Of a stretch of 64,000 bases of DNA, positions 30,608 through 40,264 are shown piece after piece. The notes under the pieces are model-generated. The model was given only the letters and a program-made list of their open reading frames with translations, did not search any database and was not told the origin of the DNA. Origin of the DNA: Rhodospirillaceae bacterium (GTDB lineage Bacteria; Pseudomonadota; Alphaproteobacteria; GCA-2731375); the NCBI GenBank assembly GCA_018660265.1, contig JABJKS010000013.1:10603-74602 (forward strand), read 5' to 3'. How positions within the stretch are numbered: the first letter of the stretch is position 1; every line of letters begins with the position of its first letter. The position numbers and the translations under genes are program-made.

Positions 30608-31393
30608 CTATAAATTGCCGCTTAGCGGATGCAATTGGCGGGATGCGATATATGACCGGCCCCACCAACCGACATCCATATGGCGTAGGAATTTCCAATC
30701 GGATTGCGCCTGGAAATCCAGAAACGCCTTCGCAATGCCCTCGGTGGTCACGCTGTGGTACCCGGCAAAGAGATCGTCGATATAAATGATGCAGCCGTCT
30801 TGCAGCAGAGGCTCCATAAACTCGAACACCGGTACGGCGGATTCATAAAGATCGCAGTCGATGCAAGCCAAAGCGATCTTCCGGCCTTCGCTCTGCAGCC
30901 GTTCTTGCAAATTTGTCGTCAGGCTGTCGTCATAGAAACCCTTTATGGGCACGACCCGGTCTGCATAAATGCCGTGGGCTTCTATCATTGCCATAAAATC
31001 GGCTTCTGATGTCGTCAATGCGCCACCCTGACGCCACAATTCATAATCGGGCTGATTATTCACCTCCGGCAGGCCGGCAAAACTGTCGAAGGCGTAGAAC
31101 TTGCTGTCGTCACGATTGTGACGCCGGGCCTCGGACAAGGCCATGCGCATGGTGCGTCCACGATGGCAGCCGTATTCATGGTAGTCGCCTTCGATCTGGT
31201 TCCCCGTCAGATAGTCGAACGCTTTCACGAAGAAACGGTATTTCTCATGCTGGCGATTTTGCTGGTTGTAGGCGATGGCGCGCGCCTCATCCCAGTTGGC
31301 GATGGCCCCCGCATCCGGCAGACGGACCCATGGCTCCGCACTTAGTGGATCCGCGAAGTTAAAATCAGAGAATTTTCGATTGTCCGGGTTCAT
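30608..31393 (-). CDS. TylF/MycF-family O-methyltransferase
   Basis: IEGDYHEYG, FDSFAGLP, KGFYDDSL, IDCDLYES and YIDD motifs. Confidence 0.88.
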   Translation of the reverse strand: MNPDNRKFSDFNFADPLSAEPWVRLPDAGAIANWDEARAIAYNQQNRQHEKYRFFVKAFDYLTGNQIEGDYHEYGCHRGRTMRMALSEARRHNRDDSKFYAFDSFAGLPEVNNQPDYELWRQGGALTTSEADFMAMIEAHGIYADRVVPIKGFYDDSLTTNLQERLQSEGRKIALACIDCDLYESAVPVFEFMEPLLQDGCIIYIDDLFAGYHSVTTEGIAKAFLDFQAQSDWKFLRHMDVGWWGRSYIASRQLHPLSGNL

Positions 31394-32496
31394 ATCTCAT
31401 CTATTTTTTGCAATGCTTCATCAGTAACCAGGCCGATGTCCATATAACGGTAGTTCCCGAGCCGGCCGACGGAGAGCACTTTGTCCGATCTGATTTCGTC
31501 GATATACTTTTGCGCCCGGGCTTGCTCTGCCTTGATGGGGTATGGGTACAGTTTGTTCCGGGTCGATGGAATTTCCAGGCCGATCAACGTTTGTTCAGAT
31601 TGATAACCGGTCAGCTTTTTGTACTCGACAATTCGGGTATAGGTCTCCTGCCCGGCGTAATGGAGGAAGAAGGTGGGGTCGGGGATGACCTGCTTACAAG
31701 GCAGGACAATGGGGATGAAATCCCGGCCGATGTAATTCAACTCCCCATAGGCGTGGCGCAAAACAATATCGGGTGAAATGGTGCTGACCAGAAGGTCACA
31801 TTCAAGCCAGTCCTCGCCAACCTTGACGGCGGGCTTATTCAGATCAAATTCAGAGACAAAGACGCCCGTCCGGGCTTCGACATTTTCCGCTGACGCGCAC
31901 ATATCCACATAGTCGTCCCAGCCGCCGAGCGAGATCGGGTAGGAGATGAAGATATCTGGGCGTACTTCATGGCTGCCTTCTGACAGGCCCACGCCTTTGC
32001 CGTCAAATTTGAAATCATCCAGGACCGTGTTTTCTTCGATTTGCCACATCTTTTTTGAATAGTGACGGACAAATTTGTCATACAAAATTTCGCCTACCGA
32101 ATTGATCCAGTATTCTTCAAAATTCTTTGCCGCGCCAGGATCGCCGCGATTGTCCAGCTGCGCCTGGACTTCATCTCTATCGGGCATGCGGGCGATGTCA
32201 TCATGGTGGATTGGATAAGAATAGAACTCTTGATCCCGCTCTACATAGGTCAGCAGGTAATGGGCCAATCGCCTTTGCGGCACATATTTGTCGTAGTATT
32301 CAAAAATATGCGCTTTGTCCGTAAACAGATGGCGCGGGCCAAAGGTATAGGGGTGGCCGCCATAATGCATGGTGCGGCAACCGCCGCCCAATATCTTATC
32401 GCCCTCCAGCAACAGGACCTCCCAGCCCTTTTCGGACAGCAAGTGGGCCCATGTGCACCCGGTCATTCCGCCGCCGACGACAATAGCTTTTTTCAT
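31390..32496 (-). CDS. UDP-galactopyranose mutase (Glf)-like flavoprotein
   Basis: GGGMTG, GPRHLFT, YSKKMW, YTRIVEYK and GRLGNYRYMD motifs. Confidence 0.78.
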   Translation of the reverse strand: MKKAIVVGGGMTGCTWAHLLSEKGWEVLLLEGDKILGGGCRTMHYGGHPYTFGPRHLFTDKAHIFEYYDKYVPQRRLAHYLLTYVERDQEFYSYPIHHDDIARMPDRDEVQAQLDNRGDPGAAKNFEEYWINSVGEILYDKFVRHYSKKMWQIEENTVLDDFKFDGKGVGLSEGSHEVRPDIFISYPISLGGWDDYVDMCASAENVEARTGVFVSEFDLNKPAVKVGEDWLECDLLVSTISPDIVLRHAYGELNYIGRDFIPIVLPCKQVIPDPTFFLHYAGQETYTRIVEYKKLTGYQSEQTLIGLEIPSTRNKLYPYPIKAEQARAQKYIDEIRSDKVLSVGRLGNYRYMDIGLVTDEALQKIDEI

Positions 32497-32537
32497 TTTT
32501 CCACCCGTTAAGTCAATTTCTGTCGTGTCAAAAAAAA

Positions 32538-34121
32538 TCAAACGTTGGCCGCGTGTTGACCCAACGTGCGGAAGCCTAAATGTTCGTATTCCTTGATGTT
32601 CTGAATGCGCGAGGCGCGGTCGTCCTTGAGGCGATCACCCATGCGGCGTCGGTTCTCTTCAAAATTCTCCTGCCAGACAACCCGTCGGATGGTTTCCAGT
32701 TCCTCGCCGGAGGTATCGGGAAGTGTAATGGAGGCGTGTGAAAAGCGAATGTTGTCCACGTCGAAACCCTCTACCAAGATGCCCTTCGCAGCGCACTCGT
32801 CGAACAACGGTGTGCCGGGCAGGGGGGTGACGAGGGAGATATAGAAATCGTCGATGTCCAGTTCCCGTGCCATTTTCACAGTACTGGCAATCTGATCCCT
32901 GGTTTCTTCTGGAAAGCCAATCATGAACAGAGCCCGGGTTTCAATGCCTTTTGATTTCAGGTAGGCCACCACCTCGGGCACACGGTGCAGATCAACTTTT
33001 TTGTCAATCAGCGCTGATTGCAACTCTGGATCTCCTGCCTCGATTGCTAGCAATGCCTTGTAGAAATTGGCTTCGGCCATAAGGTCAATGACGTCTTCAT
33101 CCAAAGCGTTGACGTCCGTCCCTGCGGGCACCCCGAAAGTCATGTCAGGGAATTCTTTGGCAATCTCTTTCAACAGTTTTTTGACCCGTGGTTTGGAAAC
33201 ATAAAAATTGTCGTCCAGGAATTCGATCTCCTGGACACCGTATTCATCACGCAGCCAGCGAATTTCTGCAATGACGTTTTCGTTCGAACGTCGGCGGTAC
33301 CCCTTAAAGCCGCTTTGCAGGGGCGAGGTGCAAAAGTAACAGGCGTGGGGACAACCACGGGTGCTCATCATCACTGCATAACGATCTCGCTGGGCATCGC
33401 CGCCGCCAATGCGGACGTGGGTGGTCCAATAAGCTTCCATGGGCAACACATGCCAGGCGGGCAACGGCAGGCCGTCAAGGTCAGTGGGTATGCCCGCGTC
33501 CTTGCGGTTATAGTAATTCCAACCATCGCCCTGCACCACTGGCTTGACATTGGCCATGGTGGTCACAACTTCGTTGCCGTCCCGGTAGTACAGTGCGGTG
33601 ACGCTCTCCAACGCCCGTTCCCCATTCAGGGCCGACATCAGATCAATCAGCGTTATGTCGGCTTCACCCAGCAGGACGAAATCCACATTCTGATTGTCCA
33701 TGACACGCACCGGGGCACCCGTGGGGTGCTGACCACCCAGAACGATCGGCAGATCAGGGCGCAACGCTTTGATACGGTCGCACAAAGCATGCGCTTCCCG
33801 GATCGCCGTTGAAAACAAAACACTAATGCCGACCACATCCGGCGCGAATTCTTCCAACCGCGCCAAAATGTCATCATCGGAAAGGCCGTAGTGAATATAG
33901 GGCTCTATATGCCATTCATTGTCATAGCCTTCGGCAACCGCGTCGATGACAGAGACTTCGTAGTTGTGTGCCAATAGATTGGCGGCCAGATAAGCCAGAC
34001 CCAGTGGCGGTGTGCAATGCTTTCGATGGGCCGGGGTGCCATTGGGAAGGATATGCACTTTACTGGACGGATTGATTAATAAAACCTTGTTGAGCCTTTG
34101 TTGCTCCTGCATGTCCGTCAC
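32538..34121 (-). CDS. Cobalamin-binding radical SAM enzyme (class B-like)
   Basis: PPLGLAYLAA, VLGGQHPT and GEAD (B12 domain); TRGCPHACYFC; DDNF; PLPGTPL. Confidence 0.92.
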   Translation of the reverse strand: MTDMQEQQRLNKVLLINPSSKVHILPNGTPAHRKHCTPPLGLAYLAANLLAHNYEVSVIDAVAEGYDNEWHIEPYIHYGLSDDDILARLEEFAPDVVGISVLFSTAIREAHALCDRIKALRPDLPIVLGGQHPTGAPVRVMDNQNVDFVLLGEADITLIDLMSALNGERALESVTALYYRDGNEVVTTMANVKPVVQGDGWNYYNRKDAGIPTDLDGLPLPAWHVLPMEAYWTTHVRIGGGDAQRDRYAVMMSTRGCPHACYFCTSPLQSGFKGYRRRSNENVIAEIRWLRDEYGVQEIEFLDDNFYVSKPRVKKLLKEIAKEFPDMTFGVPAGTDVNALDEDVIDLMAEANFYKALLAIEAGDPELQSALIDKKVDLHRVPEVVAYLKSKGIETRALFMIGFPEETRDQIASTVKMARELDIDDFYISLVTPLPGTPLFDECAAKGILVEGFDVDNIRFSHASITLPDTSGEELETIRRVVWQENFEENRRRMGDRLKDDRASRIQNIKEYEHLGFRTLGQHAANV

Positions 34122-34217
34122 CCTTGCTCACTATCCAATCACGCGTTCACGAGTACTCATAACAATGCGCCAACTGCCTGAAGGGTGCAGTTTGCCGCTA
34201 TCCAAACCATCCAACTT

Positions 34218-34237
34218 AATGGTGAATTTATGGTTAA
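34218..34237 (-). promoter_or_regulatory. CtrA-like box TTAACCATAAATTCACCATT
   Basis: TTAA-N7-TTCAC (one mismatch to TTAA-N7-TTAAC) and contains TTAACCAT; 17/20 identical to 35261-35280. Confidence 0.6.
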
Positions 34238-34255
34238 TCCGGGAACTTGAAGTGA

Positions 34256-35155
34256 TTAATGGGGTGTAGATAAATACGTCACATAGGCACGAATGGCCGC
34301 TTTCGGATCGGTATATCCTTCGTTGCCCATTTGTTGTGACAGGGCGGAAATATCGAAAACCAAATCACCGGCGGCATTGGCGTCATTGTCGCCGCGTAAA
34401 AGGTTTGCCCGTCTGCCGCAAGCGTCTTCCAATAACGCGATCCATTGGTTCATGCTCAGGCTTTCACCACGGGCGATATTGAGCACGCCTTGATAAGGCC
34501 GATCAAGAAGGTTGCAGATAACCTCGCAAACCGTGTCCACGTCCAAATAATCCCGCAAGACCTGGCCGTCGCCAAACAAGGTTATTTCGTCTCCGGCCAT
34601 GATCCGGGATGCGAAAAGGCCAATAATACTATTCAGTTGATCAAAGGGGCCAAACACCCCTGGGCAACGAAGGATCGTAATGGGGCAGGCCGCACCACCG
34701 GCATGGCGGATAAGATGTTCCCCGGCCAATTTCCCAATGGCGTAATAGCTTACCGGATCAACACGGGTGGCCTCTGTAATGCCATGGGGGGGCGTGGTGC
34801 CGTAGACATCGACACTGCTTAAGTAGATCAAACTGCTGATCGGATGCTTCGCGACGGCGTTCGAGAGGTTTTCCGCCATGGCCAGGTTTTTCTGCAGGGC
34901 CACGAAGCTGTTGTCAATTTTTCGGTTGATGGTTGAACAAACCACTACCTTGGTGGTGCTTGGCAATTGTGCGAAGGCTTTTTCCACCGCACCGGCGTCC
35001 GTTAGGTCGCAATCCTTGGAACCAAAACCCAAAACCTTGCCACTGCCGGGGCCATTCCTGCGGGATAGTTTTTGTTGCAGGTTCGAGCCGATAAAACCGG
35101 AATTGCCGAAGATCACGAACAACGCGCACCCACCCTTAAGATACCTATTTGCCAA
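34256..35155 (-). CDS. NAD-dependent epimerase/dehydratase (extended SDR)
   Basis: GNSGFIG, SSVDVYG, YAIGK, GDGQVLRDYL; true start may be TTG 35122. Confidence 0.88.
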   Translation of the reverse strand: MANRYLKGGCALFVIFGNSGFIGSNLQQKLSRRNGPGSGKVLGFGSKDCDLTDAGAVEKAFAQLPSTTKVVVCSTINRKIDNSFVALQKNLAMAENLSNAVAKHPISSLIYLSSVDVYGTTPPHGITEATRVDPVSYYAIGKLAGEHLIRHAGGAACPITILRCPGVFGPFDQLNSIIGLFASRIMAGDEITLFGDGQVLRDYLDVDTVCEVICNLLDRPYQGVLNIARGESLSMNQWIALLEDACGRRANLLRGDNDANAAGDLVFDISALSQQMGNEGYTDPKAAIRAYVTYLSTPH

Positions 35156-35260
35156 CTACCCTATCGTTGCCGTCAGGGTAATTGGCCGTCAGCATACAAG
35201 ACATCCGGTTGTGTTGCTACGTCAACCTAGTTCCAATCAAAGCCCTATGAAAGCGGGGGG

Positions 35261-35280
35261 TTAACGCCAAATTCACCATT
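35261..35280 (+). promoter_or_regulatory. CtrA-like box TTAACGCCAAATTCACCATT
   Basis: TTAA-N7-TTCAC; second copy of the motif at 34218-34237. Confidence 0.6.
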
Positions 35281-35376
35281 TTCATGGACAACCTAGGAAA
35301 CGAATACCCGACCTGCGCGTGTCATATTTACGATGACATAGCAGGCCGCCGAACAAGAGGACATTGTTAATCCGCC

Positions 35377-36345
35377 ATGACTGACATTGCGCAAAACCAT
35401 GAGGCAATGGTGAAGTTTGATGCCTTTGCCCTGGGGTCCGACCTGCCCCGATCACGAAAACAATATTGGCTTCGTCGCTGCGCCCGGTTGTTGGTGTCCG
35501 CCCTGCGTCTCAATACATCGCACCCGTTCTCAACCGAATTGGCCCAGGCTATTCTGCCTGTCGCGAAAATCAAGACGCCCAAGGGGAGCATGTTGTGCCG
35601 GGCGGGACACGGCCGCCTGGTCTGGCGGGCAGAGACTTTTTATACCGAAGAGCCCGAAACCATCGCCTGGCTTAATACCATGACGCCGCAGGATGTACTC
35701 TGGGATATTGGCGCAAATGTGGGGCTGTACTCTCTTTATGCGGCAAAAGTTATTGGTTGCCGGACGTTCTCCTTTGAGCCGGAGGCGCAAAATTATGCCA
35801 CGCTGGTGGATAATATAGATCTGAATAATCTTGCTGCCCTTTGCCGACCTGTCGCTGTGTCCCTAAGTGATGGCTTTGAATTGGGGCGGCTGCAAGTGCG
35901 ATATGTCACCAAAGGCGGCGCCTTCAATCACTTCATGGGGACGGATGGCAAGGATGAGGCATTGCCCGCCGCCTTCGCGACCGCTCAGGCCTATCAGGAA
36001 CGCGCCGGTTTGCAGCAGGTGATGTTCAGCTGTTCGGCAGATGAATTGATTGCCAAGCATGGCCTGGATTGCCCCAGCTTCATCAAGCTGGACGTCGACG
36101 GGTTGGAGCCCCGCATTATCAAGGGTGCCATGGCCACCCTTGCAGATCCGCGTATGAAATCTGTTCTGGTGGAAATCAACACGATCTCGCCTGAAGATAT
36201 GGGCATTCCCGATGTGCTGCTTGGTCTGGGCTACGAAAAAGTGTCGGAGCGCTCCAATTGGGAGTCGAAAGCCAAATCTCCGCGGGCCGATGAAATGCCG
36301 GCAACCAATATGATTTTCTCCCGCCCGGAGGTGACATCGAAATGA
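35377..36345 (+). CDS. FkbM family methyltransferase
   Basis: WDIGANVG, FEPEAQN and IKLDVDGLE motifs. Confidence 0.9.
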   Translation: MTDIAQNHEAMVKFDAFALGSDLPRSRKQYWLRRCARLLVSALRLNTSHPFSTELAQAILPVAKIKTPKGSMLCRAGHGRLVWRAETFYTEEPETIAWLNTMTPQDVLWDIGANVGLYSLYAAKVIGCRTFSFEPEAQNYATLVDNIDLNNLAALCRPVAVSLSDGFELGRLQVRYVTKGGAFNHFMGTDGKDEALPAAFATAQAYQERAGLQQVMFSCSADELIAKHGLDCPSFIKLDVDGLEPRIIKGAMATLADPRMKSVLVEINTISPEDMGIPDVLLGLGYEKVSERSNWESKAKSPRADEMPATNMIFSRPEVTSK

Positions 36346-37484
36346 ATATCACCAGAGATACAACAACTGTGGAAGGTGACAATCAATCCCAACGACCCAA
36401 GGTCAGGGGTGAGGATCTGCCGACGCCGTCACCAAATTTTGCCTTCTATAATGCAGAGCGTCAGCGCGCCCTGGATTTCGATCCCCGTAAGGCGGAGAAC
36501 TATGCCCGCTACACGGCGGCAAAGCGGACACCGGATATCGATTACCTGCCTGTCAAAATGGACATTGAAAATGTCAGCCGCTGCAACTTTGCCTGCACCA
36601 TGTGTCAGGTCAGCGCATGGCCGGGGCGCAAGCGGGCAGAAGATATGCCCCTGAAAAAATTCAGGAACTTGATCGACAGCCAGTATGGTTTGGTCGAAAT
36701 CAAAATCCAGGGCATGGGCGAACCGACCATGCAGGGTGATGACTATTTCGAAATGATCCGCTATGCCCGGGCCCGTCATATCTGGGTGCGGACAACCACC
36801 AATGCCTCGTTGTTGCATCTGCATGACAATTACAAAAAACTGATCGATGCGGATCCTAATGATGTTCAGATTTCCGTCGATGGGGCGGACAAGTTGGTTT
36901 ACGAAGATATTCGCCGCGGCGGCAAGTTCGAACAGGTGAAAAAAAATTGCCGTCTGATCAATGACTATTGCCGGGAAAAGGATATTAACGTCACGCAGAT
37001 GTGGGTGGTGTTGCAGTCCGCCAATATTTCCCAAATGCGCCAATTCGTTGGTCTGGCCCATGAGTTGGGCTTTCGCCGCTTGTCCATTGCCTTGAACCTG
37101 AATGACTGGGGCCAGGACAGCTGGAAAGACACCAATACGGCCGTGACAGTTGAGAACCAGGTCAGCGTTGAACAATCCTGGGCGGCGGTGGAAGAAGGCC
37201 GTGCCCTGGGTATCGATGTGGGGTTCTGGAACAACACATCCAAATACAGTTCCCGGTCGGCGGACAAGCTTTGCCCCTGGCCGTTTGAGCGGGCCTATGT
37301 CTCCTCCGACCTGCGCGTTGTGCCTTGCTGTATGATTGGCACACCGGACGTATTGGATCTGGGGGATGCCAACAGTTTTACGGACCTGTGGCATGGCCAG
37401 ACGTTCCAGGATTTCCGCCAGGCACATCTAGACGGTGATATCCCCCGCGCCTGTCAGGGTTGTTATGAGGCGAAAAATGAATAA
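36342..37484 (+). CDS. Radical SAM protein with SPASM/twitch domain
   Basis: CNFACTMC, GMGEP; C-terminal CPWP...VPCC...CQGC; ATGA overlap with FkbM. Confidence 0.9.
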   Translation: MNITRDTTTVEGDNQSQRPKVRGEDLPTPSPNFAFYNAERQRALDFDPRKAENYARYTAAKRTPDIDYLPVKMDIENVSRCNFACTMCQVSAWPGRKRAEDMPLKKFRNLIDSQYGLVEIKIQGMGEPTMQGDDYFEMIRYARARHIWVRTTTNASLLHLHDNYKKLIDADPNDVQISVDGADKLVYEDIRRGGKFEQVKKNCRLINDYCREKDINVTQMWVVLQSANISQMRQFVGLAHELGFRRLSIALNLNDWGQDSWKDTNTAVTVENQVSVEQSWAAVEEGRALGIDVGFWNNTSKYSSRSADKLCPWPFERAYVSSDLRVVPCCMIGTPDVLDLGDANSFTDLWHGQTFQDFRQAHLDGDIPRACQGCYEAKNE

Positions 37485-37698
37485 CCAAGGCCATGATGCG
37501 TAATCGGCTTTTGCCGGTCCTTGGCCTCTTCTCAAGGGATCTCCCCTTTGCGGCGCCATCGGATCGAAAGCGCAATCGCCATCGGCGGGAACGAACGCAT
37601 CCAAATAGATTAGTGGACTTGTCCCGCTTTGGTTCGCAACAAGACCATGACCTTATCGTTGCCTTGGGAATGAAGCCAATTGATTGCGCCCGAAATCA

Positions 37699-38466
37699 TC
37701 AAAGCGACGGCCAAATGCCGCCAGAAACCGGCAGAATTTCGCCAGTGATATAGGCACCTTCCTCGCTGCAGAGAAACAGCGCGGTGTTGGCAATATCCGT
37801 CGGTTCGCCGAGTCGTTTGAGCAGGCTTCGCTCCCGGTATATTTCGGCATTTTCCGGCCCAAGCATTGCCAGCACCCGGGTACGAATTATGCCCGGTGCA
37901 ATCGCGTTGACGTTAACGTGGGGTGCTAGTTCCATGGCGAGGGTACGGGTGAGTGATGCCACGCCCGCCTTGGCAGCGCCGTAGTCAGCACTGCCGGCTT
38001 CACCCGCGAAGTTGATGGAGGAGATGTTCAGAATTTTGCCGTAGCCATCCTCCAGCATGGCAGGTGCAAGCAATTGCACCAGATGGAAGCCGGGCTTCAG
38101 GTTTATTTGCATCGTCGCATCCCACCGCGCCTCGGTCATATGAACCAGATCTGCGGGGCCATCATAATGTTGGCCTTGGTAGCCACCGACGATGTTGGCG
38201 AGAATTTGAATGGAGCCAAATTTCTCCCGACCCGCCGCCACCAGGTCTTCCAACTCGCCCCGCACCATGGCGTTGGTTCGCAGTGCCACCACCTTGTCGG
38301 CGGAACCGGCCGCCTCGGCGACTGCCCGCTCGCCTTCAGCCAGCCGGGTCGCCGAGATGTCGGTAATGACAAGCGATGCGCCCTCCTCGGCAAACCGTTT
38401 CGCCACGGCCATCCCCATGGGTCCGCCCGCGCCCGTGACCAAAGCAACCCGATCCTTCATTCGCAT
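37699..38466 (-). CDS. SDR family oxidoreductase
   Basis: TGAGGPMG, YGAAK and NAIAPG motifs. Confidence 0.9.
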   Translation of the reverse strand: MRMKDRVALVTGAGGPMGMAVAKRFAEEGASLVITDISATRLAEGERAVAEAAGSADKVVALRTNAMVRGELEDLVAAGREKFGSIQILANIVGGYQGQHYDGPADLVHMTEARWDATMQINLKPGFHLVQLLAPAMLEDGYGKILNISSINFAGEAGSADYGAAKAGVASLTRTLAMELAPHVNVNAIAPGIIRTRVLAMLGPENAEIYRERSLLKRLGEPTDIANTALFLCSEEGAYITGEILPVSGGIWPSL

Positions 38467-38755
38467 GACAATCTCCTCCAAAATGCGGGGCATATTACCA
38501 TCTTAGGCGGTTCATCCCCGCGAAGCGCACAGTATGCGCCGAATAGCAGGCCGCAAAAAGAAGAGAAAATTGTATTCCAACGACGGCTCGTTCGAAAATC
38601 GTATAATCGGGGCAGCACCTCTGCGGGCCAATAACCTCATCCTTTGAACCAGGACACTAGGGCCAAAGCCGGTCTCAATTCATAATATATTGATGCCGAT
38701 AACTGCAATTATCGTACCCGTGTTTGCCCCTTAAATGGGGCCACGAAACCCTACT

Positions 38756-40102
38756 TTAGTTCCCTAGAAATGCGTTTTGTTGGCGCAATGTGGTTTGTAT
38801 TTCCAGAACAGAGACATTTCGATAGGCTCCGTTGTGATCACGCGCGGCAATCGCTGCCGCCGCGCCGGCTGCATGACCAATAGCCATGGCACTGGGCATA
38901 ACGCGCACCGCTGCGAACGCGGCGGCTTCGGCGGAAAGCCCGCGTCCGGCAGCAGCTACATTTTCCAGGCCCACGGGCAGGAGCGAGCGGAATGGGATGC
39001 GATAAAAATGATCCTCGCCGAATTCCTCAAATGTCAGCTCGGCATCGTCGGAATGGTGAATGTCGATGGGATAGGCACCACAGGCGATCGTGTCCTCGAA
39101 TGCCAACCCCTCCCGCAATTCATCCACCCTAAGCACATGATCGCCGGCGACGCGCCGCGTTTCGCGGACACCAAGGGCAGGCGCGATCTGACTGAGCCGC
39201 GCGTTGGCACACCCAGGTAGGGTTTCTCTTATAAACCGGGAGATGCGCCGCGCCTGTGCGCGCCCCTCCATCTCGCCGGCACTCAGTGAGAACGGATCAG
39301 TCGCATCGACCTGCACGCGCGAAATATTGAACCAGGCGACGTCGCTGCCGGGTACCCGGCTGTAATGCAGCGCCGCACGCGGCAACGCACCGGTTTTTAG
39401 ACCCCGAGCTATAATGGCGGCCTTTTCATGTTGTCCAACCGCGTCCAGGCGGCTGAAATCGATGGGCGCCATGGCAAACATCATCGTCGCAGGCTGACGG
39501 CCATGGTCAGCTTCGGTCAGAAAGGTCGCTCCCACGCCCCCAAGCAGGGCCATGTCGCCTGAGGCATCGATGAAGGTGCTGGCCTCAACGCCGAGCAGCC
39601 CTCCCGGTGCCGCTAGATTCATTCCCGAAACACGGCCCCCATCCTTTTCCGCGCCAGCAAAACTAGTGTGAAACAGCACGTCGATGCCAGCCGATAGCAT
39701 CATCTGGTCAAGAACCATTTTGAGTGCGTCAGGGTCGTAGTTAATACGGTCCATGACATTGCCGGTCGACATTGTGAAATGATCCAGATTTCCGGCCGCG
39801 TCTATGGATTGCAATTGGGCGGTAATTTCCTGAGCAAGCCCTTGGACAACCACGCGGCCTGATCGCGTCGACCATCCAACGAATTGTGCCACCGAACCGG
39901 ATGTCGCCGCGCCGCCGAGACACCCGGCCCTTTCCACCAACAGCAAGCGCGCGCCTTCACGACGAGCGGCCAGCGCCGCCACGCACCCAGCCATGCCGCC
40001 ACCAAGAACAGCGATATCGTATTTTGTATCGCCTGCCCGAGAGCTCGTAGTTCCTGCCATCGGCAATCCATTGTTCTTCGGCTGTTGCGCTGTTCGAGAC
40101 AT
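38756..40102 (-). CDS. FAD-dependent oxidoreductase (FAD_oxidored-type)
   Basis: GGGMAG, FIDASGD, GVRETRRV, YPIDIH, IPFRSLLP and AVRVM motifs. Confidence 0.88.
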   Translation of the reverse strand: MSRTAQQPKNNGLPMAGTTSSRAGDTKYDIAVLGGGMAGCVAALAARREGARLLLVERAGCLGGAATSGSVAQFVGWSTRSGRVVVQGLAQEITAQLQSIDAAGNLDHFTMSTGNVMDRINYDPDALKMVLDQMMLSAGIDVLFHTSFAGAEKDGGRVSGMNLAAPGGLLGVEASTFIDASGDMALLGGVGATFLTEADHGRQPATMMFAMAPIDFSRLDAVGQHEKAAIIARGLKTGALPRAALHYSRVPGSDVAWFNISRVQVDATDPFSLSAGEMEGRAQARRISRFIRETLPGCANARLSQIAPALGVRETRRVAGDHVLRVDELREGLAFEDTIACGAYPIDIHHSDDAELTFEEFGEDHFYRIPFRSLLPVGLENVAAAGRGLSAEAAAFAAVRVMPSAMAIGHAAGAAAAIAARDHNGAYRNVSVLEIQTTLRQQNAFLGN

Positions 40103-40264
40103 GGAAGCATGCCACTGCCGTCTGCATGTGCCAAGATTTGAATGACCAGGATTATGAAAAACGACTCATGCATAAGGGGGCGCAGTATGCCTGCGGCCAT
40201 AAATCAACTGCACACTGAAAGGGTGGTGTTTGTGCGCGCTGCGTTTCGCTGCTAGGGTTTTCAT

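Noticed and set aside
36342-37484. Radical SAM/SPASM as a RiPP maturase
   Set aside because: No credible precursor peptide, RRE, protease or exporter nearby; the context is sugar modification.
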